Virus record (IMG/VR): IMGVR_UViG_3300005996_000002
Location: 1 to 48,563 of that record
From: a virus
Length of the DNA: 48,563 nucleotides
Reading direction: 5' to 3' (one strand)
Both the position numbers and the translations under genes were made by a program. A model generated the notes under the pieces. The model was not told where the DNA came from. It saw only the letters and a list, made by a program, of their open reading frames with translations, and made no database searches. Position 1 is the stretch's first letter; each line of letters opens with the position of its first letter. This document shows positions 33,294 to 43,153 of the stretch, piece after piece.

Positions 33294-33695
33294 ATGGACC
33301 TGAAACAATTCGAGGGCCTTGCAAAAGGCTTTGACGACGGCATCGAAGTCGAAATCCTGCACCCCGTCACTCAGAAGCCGCTCGGAATGAAGGTGCGCGT
33401 TGCGTCCTACCAGTCGGAGCGGGTCAAGGCGAAGGTGCGCCAGATCGAGAACCAGCGCCGGCAGGACGCCAAGCGCAATCCGCGCAAGATCGTGTCGGTC
33501 GAGAAGGATGAACAGACCAGTCATGATGTGTTTGTCGCGGCGGTCATCTCATGGGAAGGGTTCGAGGTCGGCGGCAAGCCGCTCGAATGCACCCCGGCCA
33601 ATGTGCGCATGATCGCGGACAATCCCGATCTGTGGTTCATCGTCAAGCAGGTTGATCAGGCTGCAGATGACGAACTGGCTTTTATCAAGGCCTGA
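33294..33695 (+). CDS. Tail assembly chaperone (gpG analogue)
   Basis: 133 aa, acidic, immediately before the tape measure region. A -1 frame extension is open from 33671. Confidence 0.8.
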   Translation: MDLKQFEGLAKGFDDGIEVEILHPVTQKPLGMKVRVASYQSERVKAKVRQIENQRRQDAKRNPRKIVSVEKDEQTSHDVFVAAVISWEGFEVGGKPLECTPANVRMIADNPDLWFIVKQVDQAADDELAFIKA

Positions 33696-34027
33696 CGGCC
33701 GATCTCTGCGAAGTCGTCAGGCAGCAGATCAGGCTCGACACGGCGGATGAAAGCGGCGTCACTGCCCGGCAGCACCTCATGCAAGCCGGGCAGGAAGTCG
33801 ATGAGCCTGACCCGCCTGCGGGCTATGAATACCTGCTCGAATGGGCGTGGACCCTGGCAAACCGATCAGGCTCCAATGGCTTTGGCCGAAACCCCGTGAC
33901 CTACGTCGATATCATGGCATGGGCGGCGCTAACCGGCGCGGCTCCCGAACCATGGGAAGTCGGGATCATCGTTGATCTTGATGACGCGATGATGAGTGAG
34001 AGCGCGAAGATCAGTCGGGCTGGGTGA
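33294..34027 (+). CDS. Tail assembly chaperone -1 frameshift product (gpGT analogue)
   Basis: The -1 frame is open from 33671 to 34027. A T-run (GCT TTT ATC, T at 33680-33683) lies four codons before the G stop codon and allows a TTT to TTT slip. Confidence 0.6.
33678..33686 (+). other. Candidate -1 programmed frameshift site
   Basis: GCTTTTATC. The P-site TTT can re-pair on TTT one nt upstream. This is not a canonical XXXYYYZ heptamer. Confidence 0.45.
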
Positions 34028-34043
34028 TCACCCAGATGGACGG

Positions 34044-34439
34044 CTATTCGAAATCCTCGCGGGTGCCGTCTTCGAAAAGCACAGATCGAACGCAGGTGAA
34101 CGCCTCGGTTTCTTCTGGCTTGAGATCAAGCAACCTCTCAAAGGTGTATTGCCCCCATGTGCCAGTCTGGGTGAACGTGCCGCCGGGAGAAACATCCACA
34201 TCTCGCGTAAGGGAAAACCTTCCGATTTCCTGCCCAAGAGCATCCCTAAAACCGGCCGATCCATCAATCATACGGATCGGCTTGGTGAAATTAGATTTGA
34301 ATGTGGTCTCTAGCCGGTTCGTATCCGCATCGATGGACTTAATAGACCAATTCTCGACAGTCAGAATCTGATCGTTGCAAGCGGCATAGCTCGCCGAAGT
34401 TGCGGCAAGAAATGAAATCCAGAAAGTCAATGCGCGCAT
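34044..34439 (-). CDS. Secreted protein/possible lipoprotein, reverse-strand moron (131 aa from MRALTFW)
   Basis: GGAGG lies 5 nt upstream of the ATG at 34439. Signal peptide MRALTFWISFLAATSASYAAC. Local GC is lower and the strand is opposite to the tail operon. Confidence 0.65.
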   Translation of the reverse strand: MRALTFWISFLAATSASYAACNDQILTVENWSIKSIDADTNRLETTFKSNFTKPIRMIDGSAGFRDALGQEIGRFSLTRDVDVSPGGTFTQTGTWGQYTFERLLDLKPEETEAFTCVRSVLFEDGTREDFE

Positions 34440-34499
34440 TCGTGCCTCCATAGGTTGGGGCGCGAACGCTAGACATGATCGCATCGAAAGGCAACAACC

Positions 34500-36824
34500 A
34501 TGGATTTGGCCACTTTAGGCATTGCCGTTAGGTCCGATCAGGTCGTGCAGGCAAACCGCGAACTTGAGAAGATGCCAGGCGCGGCACGGCGCGCCGAAAG
34601 CGCGGCCAAGGGGTTCGGGACCAGTGCGAGCGGCGCGGCGCGTAAGGTGGCGGCCGCAAACGACAATGCGGCGCGTTCGGCCGGCCTCGTGACCAAGGCC
34701 TATGGCGCGATGAGGATTGCGGTGGTGGCGGCGCTTGCCACCATGACGGCTGTCCTCGGCAGGTTTGTCACGACTTCAATCTCGGCAGCGTCTGACCTGA
34801 ACGAAACCATATCCAAGACATCGACCATATTCGGCGACCAGGGTGCGGCCATGCTCGAATGGGCGTCGAACAGTGCGCAGGCGATGGGTTTGAGCCAGCA
34901 AGCCGCGCTTGAGGCCGCGTCCACGATGGGCAACATGTTTTCGCAGCTTGGCGCGGGTCGCGAAGTTGCGGGTGGCATCAGCCGTGACATGATCCAACTC
35001 GCCGCCGACATCGCTTCGTTCAACAACGTGGCCGGTGGTGCGGTGGCGGTTTCGGACGCCATGCAGTCGGCGTTCCGTGGCGAATACGATTCACTCCAGC
35101 GATATATTCCGACCATCAATGCCGCAACCGTTGCGCAGGAAGCTTTGCGCATGACCGGCAAGGCGAACGAAAAGCAGCTGACGGCACTCGAAAAGGCATT
35201 GGCCGCTCAAAAGCTGATCATGGAAGGCGCTGGTGTTGCCGCTGGTGACTTTGCTCGAACATCGGGCGGACTGGCGAACCAGCAGCGCATCCTGGCAGCT
35301 TCCCTGACCGATGTGTCGGCGAAGTTCGGCGCGGCGTTTACACCATTGGCGACGTTGATCGTCCAGGGTCTGAATGCAGCAGTGTCGGGCCTTAGCGCGG
35401 GAATGTCCATCCTTGCCGATAATATCGACACGATCGGCGTTGCGGCCGGAACCGCTGGCACCTTGATGCTTATCGCCTTCGGGCCGACCATTCTTGCAAG
35501 TATGGCCGCTGGTTTCGTGGCGCTCGGGACGGCTGGCGTTACCGCTATTCGCGCCATCACGGCGGCGATAGCGGCAAACCCGCTTGGCGCTCTTGCGGTC
35601 GGTATCGTGGCCGCAGTGACCGCACTCTATGTGTTCCGTGACGAGGTCCAGAAGGCAATCGGCGTCGATGTCATCGGCATCGTGAAGAACGCGGCCAATC
35701 TCATCATTGGCTCGTTTGTCGCGGCATTCGAGGATATCAAATTCGTCTGGTCGAACTTCGGAAACATCATTGGCGGCGCTGTCATGGGCGGCGTCAATGT
35801 GGTGATCGCAGGCGTCGAGATGATGGTTAATGCGGCCATTTCCGGGATCAACAAACTGATATCGGCCGTAAACTCCCTGCCTGATTGGATGAAACCGGAA
35901 TCGCTGGAGAACATATCCGCCCTTGGCGACGTGTCTCTAGGTCGCGCGGCAAATCCCGGTGCTGATGCGATGACCGGCGGCGGTCGGCATAGTGCGCTTT
36001 CCCGGCACAATGAGCGCCAGCAAGCGGCATTGAACACCGACTATCTCGGATCAATCGGAAAGTCGGCAGAAATGTCCACTCCCGCGGTGCAAGCGCTCAA
36101 TGCCGCGATTGGCGTGACAGAACAGACAGCGGCGGGCGCAGGCAAGGCAATGAAGGCCGCAGCCGATACAGACCCATGGAAGGGCATGCGCAAAGCGGTC
36201 GATGTAGTCAATGAGGGTCTAGAATTCGCCAAGGGACTCGCCCAAGGCATTGGATCGGACATCTCAAGCTCTTTGCAGTCGGGGATGAGCCTTTGGGAAT
36301 CGTTCAAGGTCGCCGGCGTGAATGCAATCAAGAAGATTGCCGATCAGTTCATTTCGTCTGGAATTGAACGCATGTTCTCCGGACTTGGGAAAGGCAGTGG
36401 TGGCGGGTTCTTCGGCACTCTCTTGAGCGGTATCGGCTCACTGTTCGGATTCGCCAATGGTGGGTACACCGGAAGCGGCGCGGCATCGGCGGTGGCAGGC
36501 GTTGTCCATGGTGGTGAATACGTGTTCTCCAAAGCCGCGACCGATCGCATCGGGGTGAGCAATCTTGACAGGGCTCATAACGCGGCAAAGGGCTACGCCA
36601 ACGGCGGATATGTTCAGCCACGGATGCAGGCGCCGGCCAATTCCAACGGTGGCGGCGTATCCAACCACGTCACGATCCATCAGACGTACAAGATTTCCGG
36701 CGCGGTCTCGGAGAAGGATGTCAGGGCGATGGTGCGCAAGGGTTCCGAGGAGTCGGTTGAATACGTCAAGCAGAACCTGCCGGGATGGAGCAATGATATT
36801 CAGGTTCATGGGGTGCCAGCGTGA
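34500..36824 (+). CDS. Tape measure protein
   Basis: 774 aa, Ala/Gly-rich with multiple hydrophobic helices, at the canonical position after the chaperone pair. Confidence 0.92.
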   Translation: MDLATLGIAVRSDQVVQANRELEKMPGAARRAESAAKGFGTSASGAARKVAAANDNAARSAGLVTKAYGAMRIAVVAALATMTAVLGRFVTTSISAASDLNETISKTSTIFGDQGAAMLEWASNSAQAMGLSQQAALEAASTMGNMFSQLGAGREVAGGISRDMIQLAADIASFNNVAGGAVAVSDAMQSAFRGEYDSLQRYIPTINAATVAQEALRMTGKANEKQLTALEKALAAQKLIMEGAGVAAGDFARTSGGLANQQRILAASLTDVSAKFGAAFTPLATLIVQGLNAAVSGLSAGMSILADNIDTIGVAAGTAGTLMLIAFGPTILASMAAGFVALGTAGVTAIRAITAAIAANPLGALAVGIVAAVTALYVFRDEVQKAIGVDVIGIVKNAANLIIGSFVAAFEDIKFVWSNFGNIIGGAVMGGVNVVIAGVEMMVNAAISGINKLISAVNSLPDWMKPESLENISALGDVSLGRAANPGADAMTGGGRHSALSRHNERQQAALNTDYLGSIGKSAEMSTPAVQALNAAIGVTEQTAAGAGKAMKAAADTDPWKGMRKAVDVVNEGLEFAKGLAQGIGSDISSSLQSGMSLWESFKVAGVNAIKKIADQFISSGIERMFSGLGKGSGGGFFGTLLSGIGSLFGFANGGYTGSGAASAVAGVVHGGEYVFSKAATDRIGVSNLDRAHNAAKGYANGGYVQPRMQAPANSNGGGVSNHVTIHQTYKISGAVSEKDVRAMVRKGSEESVEYVKQNLPGWSNDIQVHGVPA

Positions 36825-37522
36825 GCCGGCCGCTTTACACATGGCGTACAAGCCTCAGACCGGTGCGCGGCGTGATCCGGGTTGTCTCGACAGTCGAGGA
36901 AGGTCGTGTCTCACGGTCTTCATTCGAGACATCTGCTGCCATTCCGGGCGGACGGTGCGTTCTCAAACTAGAGTTTGATTATCAAGGTCAGAACGCAATC
37001 CCTCTTGAGGATTATTCGTGGACCTGTTCAAAGCTCAAGGGCAACCTGTTCCGCGTCCCGGTTCCGGAGACTGCCCAGATCGCCCGCGACGTGGATATCG
37101 GCGTTCCGCATCTCTATGGGTACGGTGGCATTCCATTTGAGGGCGCGGCCTTCTTCGAAGGCGGATCAGGCTTTGCCTTCACGCCGACCGTTGATATCGC
37201 TGCGGTCGCGCTTGAAGGCGAGAACACGATCACCCTTGATGAGACCAGATACCCCGGCATTCTCCGCTATGGCAAGTGGATCGGATTGGGCCTCGGATGT
37301 CATCACATCGATGATGTAGAGCGGGACGGAACGCAAGTCACAGTCACCGTCAGCCCGCCATTGCATCGTGATTTCGCATCTGGCGAATTGGTCTCGCTTC
37401 GGCCTTCACTGATCTGCCAGGCGCGGGACATCGACAGCTTTGTCACGATGTACGAGCCGGCAAGCCTGATCAAGCCGGGCTCTCTCACGCTGGTGGAGGT
37501 GATCGATGAGCGGTTTTTATGA
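36821..37522 (+). CDS. Distal/minor tail protein
   Basis: GTGA overlap with the tape measure stop. Called from position. Confidence 0.65.
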   Translation: MSRPLYTWRTSLRPVRGVIRVVSTVEEGRVSRSSFETSAAIPGGRCVLKLEFDYQGQNAIPLEDYSWTCSKLKGNLFRVPVPETAQIARDVDIGVPHLYGYGGIPFEGAAFFEGGSGFAFTPTVDIAAVALEGENTITLDETRYPGILRYGKWIGLGLGCHHIDDVERDGTQVTVTVSPPLHRDFASGELVSLRPSLICQARDIDSFVTMYEPASLIKPGSLTLVEVIDERFL

Positions 37523-38150
37523 CGCCATCGACGACTATCTAGACAGCACTGCTGAGAGCGATCGGCAGATGGATATCATCGACGCGATCTATGTCGAGAT
37601 TGACGGGTTTCCGGCATGGCGATGGGCAGGCGTCGAGGGAACGCTGATCACGCCCGATGGCGAGCGGTGGGCGGGATGGTACTATGAGGGTCAGCCCTAT
37701 ATCAGCCCTCCGAAGCTGACCGATATCAGGGACGGGAATTCACCGCTCTATGAGCAGGTACTCGGCTTTGTTGATGAGGAATCGTATCTCAATCTCCGCG
37801 ATAACAAGGACGCCATCAAGGGCAAGCTGCTGATCTACTACAGCATCCTGATGACGAACAAATCATTGCGCAGCGAGTCCATGCCGGGGGATGCGTGGCG
37901 GCTGCGCATGGTGGCGGCAAAGTTCACCGAAATCACTCAGAAGGATGATGACGGAGGGCACAAGAAGATGTTCCGCGTCTCCGTGCTGGCAAAGAACGCC
38001 AATGCCGGCCGGTCACGGACGTTCTTCGGAACCATGACAGAGACGGGCCAGAAGGCCAGATCAGAGCGCCTGTTCGGGATCACGGGCGATGTCTATGGCC
38101 AGTTCCTGATCAAGTATGCCGGCGGCTACACGATCAACCTCGATGCCTGA
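37506..38150 (+). CDS. Minor tail protein
   Basis: 214 aa. Called from position between the distal tail protein and the peptidase-like gene. Confidence 0.65.
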   Translation: MSGFYDAIDDYLDSTAESDRQMDIIDAIYVEIDGFPAWRWAGVEGTLITPDGERWAGWYYEGQPYISPPKLTDIRDGNSPLYEQVLGFVDEESYLNLRDNKDAIKGKLLIYYSILMTNKSLRSESMPGDAWRLRMVAAKFTEITQKDDDGGHKKMFRVSVLAKNANAGRSRTFFGTMTETGQKARSERLFGITGDVYGQFLIKYAGGYTINLDA

Positions 38151-38544
38151 TCTTGATGCACTGATCATCGCCACGCTGGACCGCTGGCACCTGGAGCCGT
38201 TCGTGTGGGGCATGTCCGACTGCGATATGTCGATGGCTGATTATGTCATCGATCTGACCGGCAAAGATCCGGCATCATCATGGCGCGGAAAGTATCACGA
38301 CGAGGTGAGCGCGCATGAATTCGTCGATGCGGCTGGCGGCAATCTGCACCTTGTCACCGAAGGCATGAAATCAATCGGCATTGACCCGTCAGCAGCCCCG
38401 CAGCGCGGCTCCGTGGTGGTGGTCGATGTTGCCTGTAAGCAAATCACCGGGCTGTACCTTGATCCCTACGTGGCGCTCCGAATGCGGCGCGGCGTGATGC
38501 GGACCATGCGGCTTGAAATCTTGAGGTCATGGCGATGCGTTTGA
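38143..38544 (+). CDS. NlpC/P60-like tail-associated protein (gpK/GTA gp14 analogue)
   Basis: PFVWGMSDCDMSMADYV matches the pF.wG..DC pattern of tail-associated cell-wall peptidases. The ATG at 38143 overlaps the upstream stop. Confidence 0.6.
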   Translation: MPDLDALIIATLDRWHLEPFVWGMSDCDMSMADYVIDLTGKDPASSWRGKYHDEVSAHEFVDAAGGNLHLVTEGMKSIGIDPSAAPQRGSVVVVDVACKQITGLYLDPYVALRMRRGVMRTMRLEILRSWRCV

Positions 38545-40730
38545 AGTTGATCGCTCTTGCCTTGATGGCTACCACGGCAATGGTCACGCCGGCACTCGCT
38601 GATCCGATTTCGATTTTCGTCATCGTCACGGCCACGCTGCAGTCGACCATCGGCGTGTTCGCCACCTCATTGCTCTATGGTGCAATTCAGATCGCCGCGG
38701 GCGCTGCGCTTTCGGCTTTGGTTGGATCTCTGCTTGCGCCAAAGGGATCGGCCAATACCGTCCGGCCACCTCAAGAGCTGGTTTCGAACTTCGCCCAGGA
38801 AATCCCTGATCGGTTCTGGGCCATGGGGAAATGCCGCATCGGTGGCAACCTTGCCCTTGGCGAGCAAAAGGGCGGGCAGCTTTCCAAACTGATTGCTCAT
38901 TGCGATGCCGAGGCCACAGAAGAGCTTGGGCTCTATCTGAACGATATTCTGGTCACGTTGGACGAGGATGGCTACGTCACAGATGCCGAGTTCCTGCTCG
39001 ACAGCGGGGCGAAGGTGATCCAGCTCGAAAGCCGCCCCGGCACTGGCGATCAGGTTGCCATGCCGACGCTTACGGCTCGGTTCAGCGAATGGACCGAAGA
39101 TCACATTGGCGCGGGCGTTGCCGACACGCTGATGACCATTGCTCCGGTCAGTCAGGCCAATCGCAGCCAGATCTACAGGCACCGCGGCGTTCTCGGGCTG
39201 GGTGAGCCAGATATTTCGAGAGTGGCCCGCTGGGGCCGCTATTACGATCCGCGCAATGACAGCACGAACGGCGGGACGGGCTCGGAGCGATATGACGATC
39301 CGGCGACATGGGGGCCGGCGCTCGGAAACCTGCCCTTGATGATCGTGGCGCATCGCATGGATCCTGAGCGGTTTGCGATGGCCCCAGAAGACATCGACTG
39401 GGTAAACATCGCAGAGCAAGCCGACATCGCCGACATCACGGTTGTCGATCGCTACGGCGCCAACGTCCCGCTCTATCATGGCGGCATCGTCTTCTCGAAA
39501 AACGCAACGTCCTATATCGAGGGCGAGAATGCCATGCTTTCCGCGTGTGACGGGATTCGGCGTGAAGACGAGAGCGGCAAGTTCGGTATTCTGATCGGGA
39601 GATATTACGAGCCGACGCTGATCCTGACCGATGCCGATATTTTCGAGATCGCATCATCCGAGGCAGACAACGGGGAGAGCGTTTTCACGCATCTTTCGGC
39701 GAAGTACACCGAACCGCAGTTTGCTTACAAATCGGCGGCAACGCTTCCGTTTGTCAACACGGACATATGGTCGGAAGGCGATCAGGTCACCAGCCGTGAA
39801 ATCCAGCTCTATGCCGTGCAGCACATCAATCACGCATTCCGGATGTTGAAGGCGCTGGCAAGGCAGTCAAGTGCAGAAAGGCAGTTGAATGTGGTCGCGG
39901 GGCCGCGCGCAAAGCGAGCCCGAGAGCATCGGTTCATCCGGCTTGATCTTGCTGATGCGCAACTGTCCGGCGTCTACCAGGTGCAAAGCATTGGCCGCAG
40001 TCAGGACCGAATGACTGTGCCCCTGGCGCTGATCAAGGTCGATGACGACTGGTGGACCCTGAACGAGGGCGAAGAGCCATCGCGGCCGAACTTCGCCACG
40101 GCCATCGAGGTGGATGCGACGATCACGAACATCGCAGACGAGGACATGGTTATCGTCTCTCAGGCGGTCACGACATCATCAGGTAGCGCGGTGCGGTTTG
40201 CAGCAACATTCCCGGTTCCGGCGCGGCCCGACCGGATCGTTGAAATCGAGCACAAATATGTGACCGATACAGCATGGCTCTCATTCTCGGTGCAGTCCGA
40301 AGATGGATCTGGGACATCATCTGTGGTTTCCGATGGGTCGAGCAATCAACTCCGCTGGCGGGTTTCCGCAATGTCCGGAAAGACTTCGGGATGGAGCGAC
40401 ATCAGGACGATCAGTGCCGTTGCTGATCCTGTCGCGCCAGACGCACTGACATCGTTTGCAGCAACGGGCGGTGCCGGTACGGTTAATGTCACCTACACCA
40501 CGGCAAACGATGCACGGACTGCAGCTGTGGCAATCTATGCCGTTGCGACTGGAGATCCGTTCGTCGCCGCTGATGAAACGCCCATCGGGACATATGCAGC
40601 AAGCCCCAATCTGGCCTATTCGACAGACATCGCAATAGCGGCCGACGATTGGGATTTCTACGCGATCCCATTGAACGGATCTGGAGTGCCCGGAACGGCT
40701 TCCGGACCTGAAACGGAAACCGTTACCTAA
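38529..40730 (+). CDS. Host-specificity / central tail protein (gpJ-like)
   Basis: 733 aa with hydrophobic N-terminal segments and an Ala/Thr-rich Ig/FN3-like C-terminal region. Position after the peptidase-like gene supports the call. Confidence 0.8.
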   Translation: MAMRLKLIALALMATTAMVTPALADPISIFVIVTATLQSTIGVFATSLLYGAIQIAAGAALSALVGSLLAPKGSANTVRPPQELVSNFAQEIPDRFWAMGKCRIGGNLALGEQKGGQLSKLIAHCDAEATEELGLYLNDILVTLDEDGYVTDAEFLLDSGAKVIQLESRPGTGDQVAMPTLTARFSEWTEDHIGAGVADTLMTIAPVSQANRSQIYRHRGVLGLGEPDISRVARWGRYYDPRNDSTNGGTGSERYDDPATWGPALGNLPLMIVAHRMDPERFAMAPEDIDWVNIAEQADIADITVVDRYGANVPLYHGGIVFSKNATSYIEGENAMLSACDGIRREDESGKFGILIGRYYEPTLILTDADIFEIASSEADNGESVFTHLSAKYTEPQFAYKSAATLPFVNTDIWSEGDQVTSREIQLYAVQHINHAFRMLKALARQSSAERQLNVVAGPRAKRAREHRFIRLDLADAQLSGVYQVQSIGRSQDRMTVPLALIKVDDDWWTLNEGEEPSRPNFATAIEVDATITNIADEDMVIVSQAVTTSSGSAVRFAATFPVPARPDRIVEIEHKYVTDTAWLSFSVQSEDGSGTSSVVSDGSSNQLRWRVSAMSGKTSGWSDIRTISAVADPVAPDALTSFAATGGAGTVNVTYTTANDARTAAVAIYAVATGDPFVAADETPIGTYAASPNLAYSTDIAIAADDWDFYAIPLNGSGVPGTASGPETETVT

Positions 40731-41104
40731 TCCTCGGACTGGAGATTATAGGCGATCCCATACGCCTGGAGCGATGACCAGCAATTCTTGAGAAGGCTTG
40801 CCCCTTCCGGATTGACGATCACTGTATGGATCGCGTTGAACCCACCGGCCTTGGCCTGTTGTTTCATAAGGGATATCGCATTCTCTCGGCTTGGTTCCGG
40901 ATCCCACATCTTGCTCTTGCAGGAAAGGCCGTAAACCTGAGTTCCGCGGGGGCCTGTATCCGTAATGGTGACGCCGGATGGATTTTCAGGAACCGGACGA
41001 GAATCACCAGCATAGATGCCGACTGGGACGTCGCTGTTCAACCCGGGCGGCGTTCCACATGAGCTCAATGCAATCAGGGTTGATAGCCAAACAAGCCTTT
41101 TCAT
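40727..41104 (-). CDS. Lipoprotein, reverse-strand moron (125 aa from MKRLVWL)
   Basis: GGAGGA upstream of the ATG at 41104. Lipobox LIALSSC|G. Four further Cys residues. Lies between the host-specificity and fibre genes. Confidence 0.7.
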   Translation of the reverse strand: MKRLVWLSTLIALSSCGTPPGLNSDVPVGIYAGDSRPVPENPSGVTITDTGPRGTQVYGLSCKSKMWDPEPSRENAISLMKQQAKAGGFNAIHTVIVNPEGASLLKNCWSSLQAYGIAYNLQSED

Positions 41105-41224
41105 GCCGCATCCTCCGTCTCGTTCTGGGTCGGCAGGAATAGCAGGGTTTCGGCTCATTCAAAATCACAAATCGAAAGATCTTCCTCTGGCCAATCGCCG
41201 GAGAGCTTTGCATTGGAGAAATCA

Positions 41225-43144
41225 ATGACCGTCTTACCTCCTAAAACGATCTATGGCGGTAGCCCGTACAGAGATGATCATGATCCGAACAAGCTTGAGA
41301 TCGTGACCTTTCTGGATTGGGTAGTCTCCATGGTCACGGCCATGGGCTACGCCAATTACCAGCCGTTCGAGACAAAAGCTCTGATGGATGGTGATCTTGA
41401 TCACGACGCCAAGACGCTCGCGGTTGTCTACGACGACGCCGGCAATGAGGGGATCTACATCAAGATCGGGGCATCGGGCTCGGGATCATGGAGCAGGATC
41501 CTCGATTTCCTGCCGGGATCCCAGTTCGTGGCGTTGACCGTCACGGGCGGCACGGTCAACGCGATCGAAGCGACGGCATCTCCGGGGCTTTCCGCTGCTG
41601 ACGGAGTGCAGAAGGCACTGCTGTTCGCACCTGGCACAAACACGTCTACCACGGTGACTGTCGAGGTTGATGGCGTGACCTATCGCGTCAAGACGGCATC
41701 CGGCATTGATCCGGTGGTTGGCGGGATTGTCACGGGCATGCCGCTTGAGGGTGTCGTGGCCAATGGCGGGACATGGTTCCGGCTGACATCCGACCAGGCA
41801 AGTGCGGCCATTCAGGCGGCGGCAGAAGCTGCGGCGGCTGATGCAGAGGCGGCTGCGGCGAGCATCTTGTACAAGACAGCGGCCGACAGGACTGCGCTCG
41901 CTGCCCTCACTCCTGCAAGCGCGGCAATTGTGCATCTCAACGAAGCCAGTGAAGAAAACTGGTGGATCTGGAGGTCGGACGATCTATCCGCCGAGGTCGC
42001 CGGGGACACATCTGACCGGTACGTGCCGCTGACCGGTGACGATGGGTCGGGCGGCGCTTATGTCATGGCGGGTGCCGTGCAAACCGGCAGTTTCTTCAAA
42101 ACCGATACTCCTGCGGCTCGCATTATCCCTATCGCGGATCGGCTCATGGGTGGCGACAGCGTTGCCTATGATGGGACGCAGGGCGCGCTCGCTGAAGGGT
42201 CTTACCAATCGCTGACTACGGGGATAGCGGCGGATTCGACTGCAAGGCTCCCCGGACTCGGTTGGATCGAGCGAAATGCCGGCTTCTCCTGGGCGGTGGG
42301 GCACGGGCAGATTGCTGTTGCTGGTTATGCGCACACACTTGGCGGCACAGCTGGGGCCAGCATTGGTGTTTCTGCCGCCGTTTCGAACGATACAGGTGCT
42401 GCGACAACGGCCAACGCATGGGCCAGGTATGGCGATGCGCAGCGCTGGCCGGGCAGCCTGGGGACGACGTGGGGGGACGAACTCAATATCTCGAACCACG
42501 GATCTACCGTGGACGACAGCGCCTATGGCGCAGACGCAGGCGGCGGTGTCACAAGAGGCCTTGATCTGGCGATTGGTGGCGGCTCTGCTGCAATGGGCCT
42601 GTCCAACCCGGTGTCGGCCGGATACAGGCTCGGCTCGAATGGTGGAACGGCTCGCAAGGGCTTCATCTTCAGCAGCACGGCGCTCTATGACTATGGCGAT
42701 TACAAGATCGCGATCGAGATGGGGGCACGGGCGCGGTTGCAGTGGCTTGCCAATGCCAGCAAGACGCTCGGGGCTTACATCCAGTCGGATGTCAACAGCG
42801 CCTCGGTTGGAATGGGATTGGTTTTCCGGAACAACTCAACCGTGTTTGAGGGCATTGGCGGGGAAGAGGCTTTCCACGTCAATCGGACAGGCAGCGCGGT
42901 GAACTACCTTTATGTCTCGGGCGGCGCGGCCGGCAATGGCCCGACGCTTGGAGTCGAAGGAAGTGATACGAACCCTGATATGCGGATTGTCTTCAAGGGG
43001 ACCGGGACACTCAATTTGGTCAATATCGCAACAGCGACGGGAGCGTCGGCAGGAGGTGGCAGCGCCCTACCGGCTGCACCTGTCGGCTATATGACAGTGA
43101 AGATTGCGGGCTCAAACCGTAAAATCCCATACTACAACACATGA
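41225..43144 (+). CDS. Tail fibre / receptor-binding protein
   Basis: About 640 aa, Gly/Ala/Ser/Thr-rich with an Ala-rich coiled segment. The ATG at 41225 has GGAGA upstream. The TTG at 41213 is an alternative start. Confidence 0.75.
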   Translation: MTVLPPKTIYGGSPYRDDHDPNKLEIVTFLDWVVSMVTAMGYANYQPFETKALMDGDLDHDAKTLAVVYDDAGNEGIYIKIGASGSGSWSRILDFLPGSQFVALTVTGGTVNAIEATASPGLSAADGVQKALLFAPGTNTSTTVTVEVDGVTYRVKTASGIDPVVGGIVTGMPLEGVVANGGTWFRLTSDQASAAIQAAAEAAAADAEAAAASILYKTAADRTALAALTPASAAIVHLNEASEENWWIWRSDDLSAEVAGDTSDRYVPLTGDDGSGGAYVMAGAVQTGSFFKTDTPAARIIPIADRLMGGDSVAYDGTQGALAEGSYQSLTTGIAADSTARLPGLGWIERNAGFSWAVGHGQIAVAGYAHTLGGTAGASIGVSAAVSNDTGAATTANAWARYGDAQRWPGSLGTTWGDELNISNHGSTVDDSAYGADAGGGVTRGLDLAIGGGSAAMGLSNPVSAGYRLGSNGGTARKGFIFSSTALYDYGDYKIAIEMGARARLQWLANASKTLGAYIQSDVNSASVGMGLVFRNNSTVFEGIGGEEAFHVNRTGSAVNYLYVSGGAAGNGPTLGVEGSDTNPDMRIVFKGTGTLNLVNIATATGASAGGGSALPAAPVGYMTVKIAGSNRKIPYYNT

Positions 43145-43153
43145 GGACTGAAC

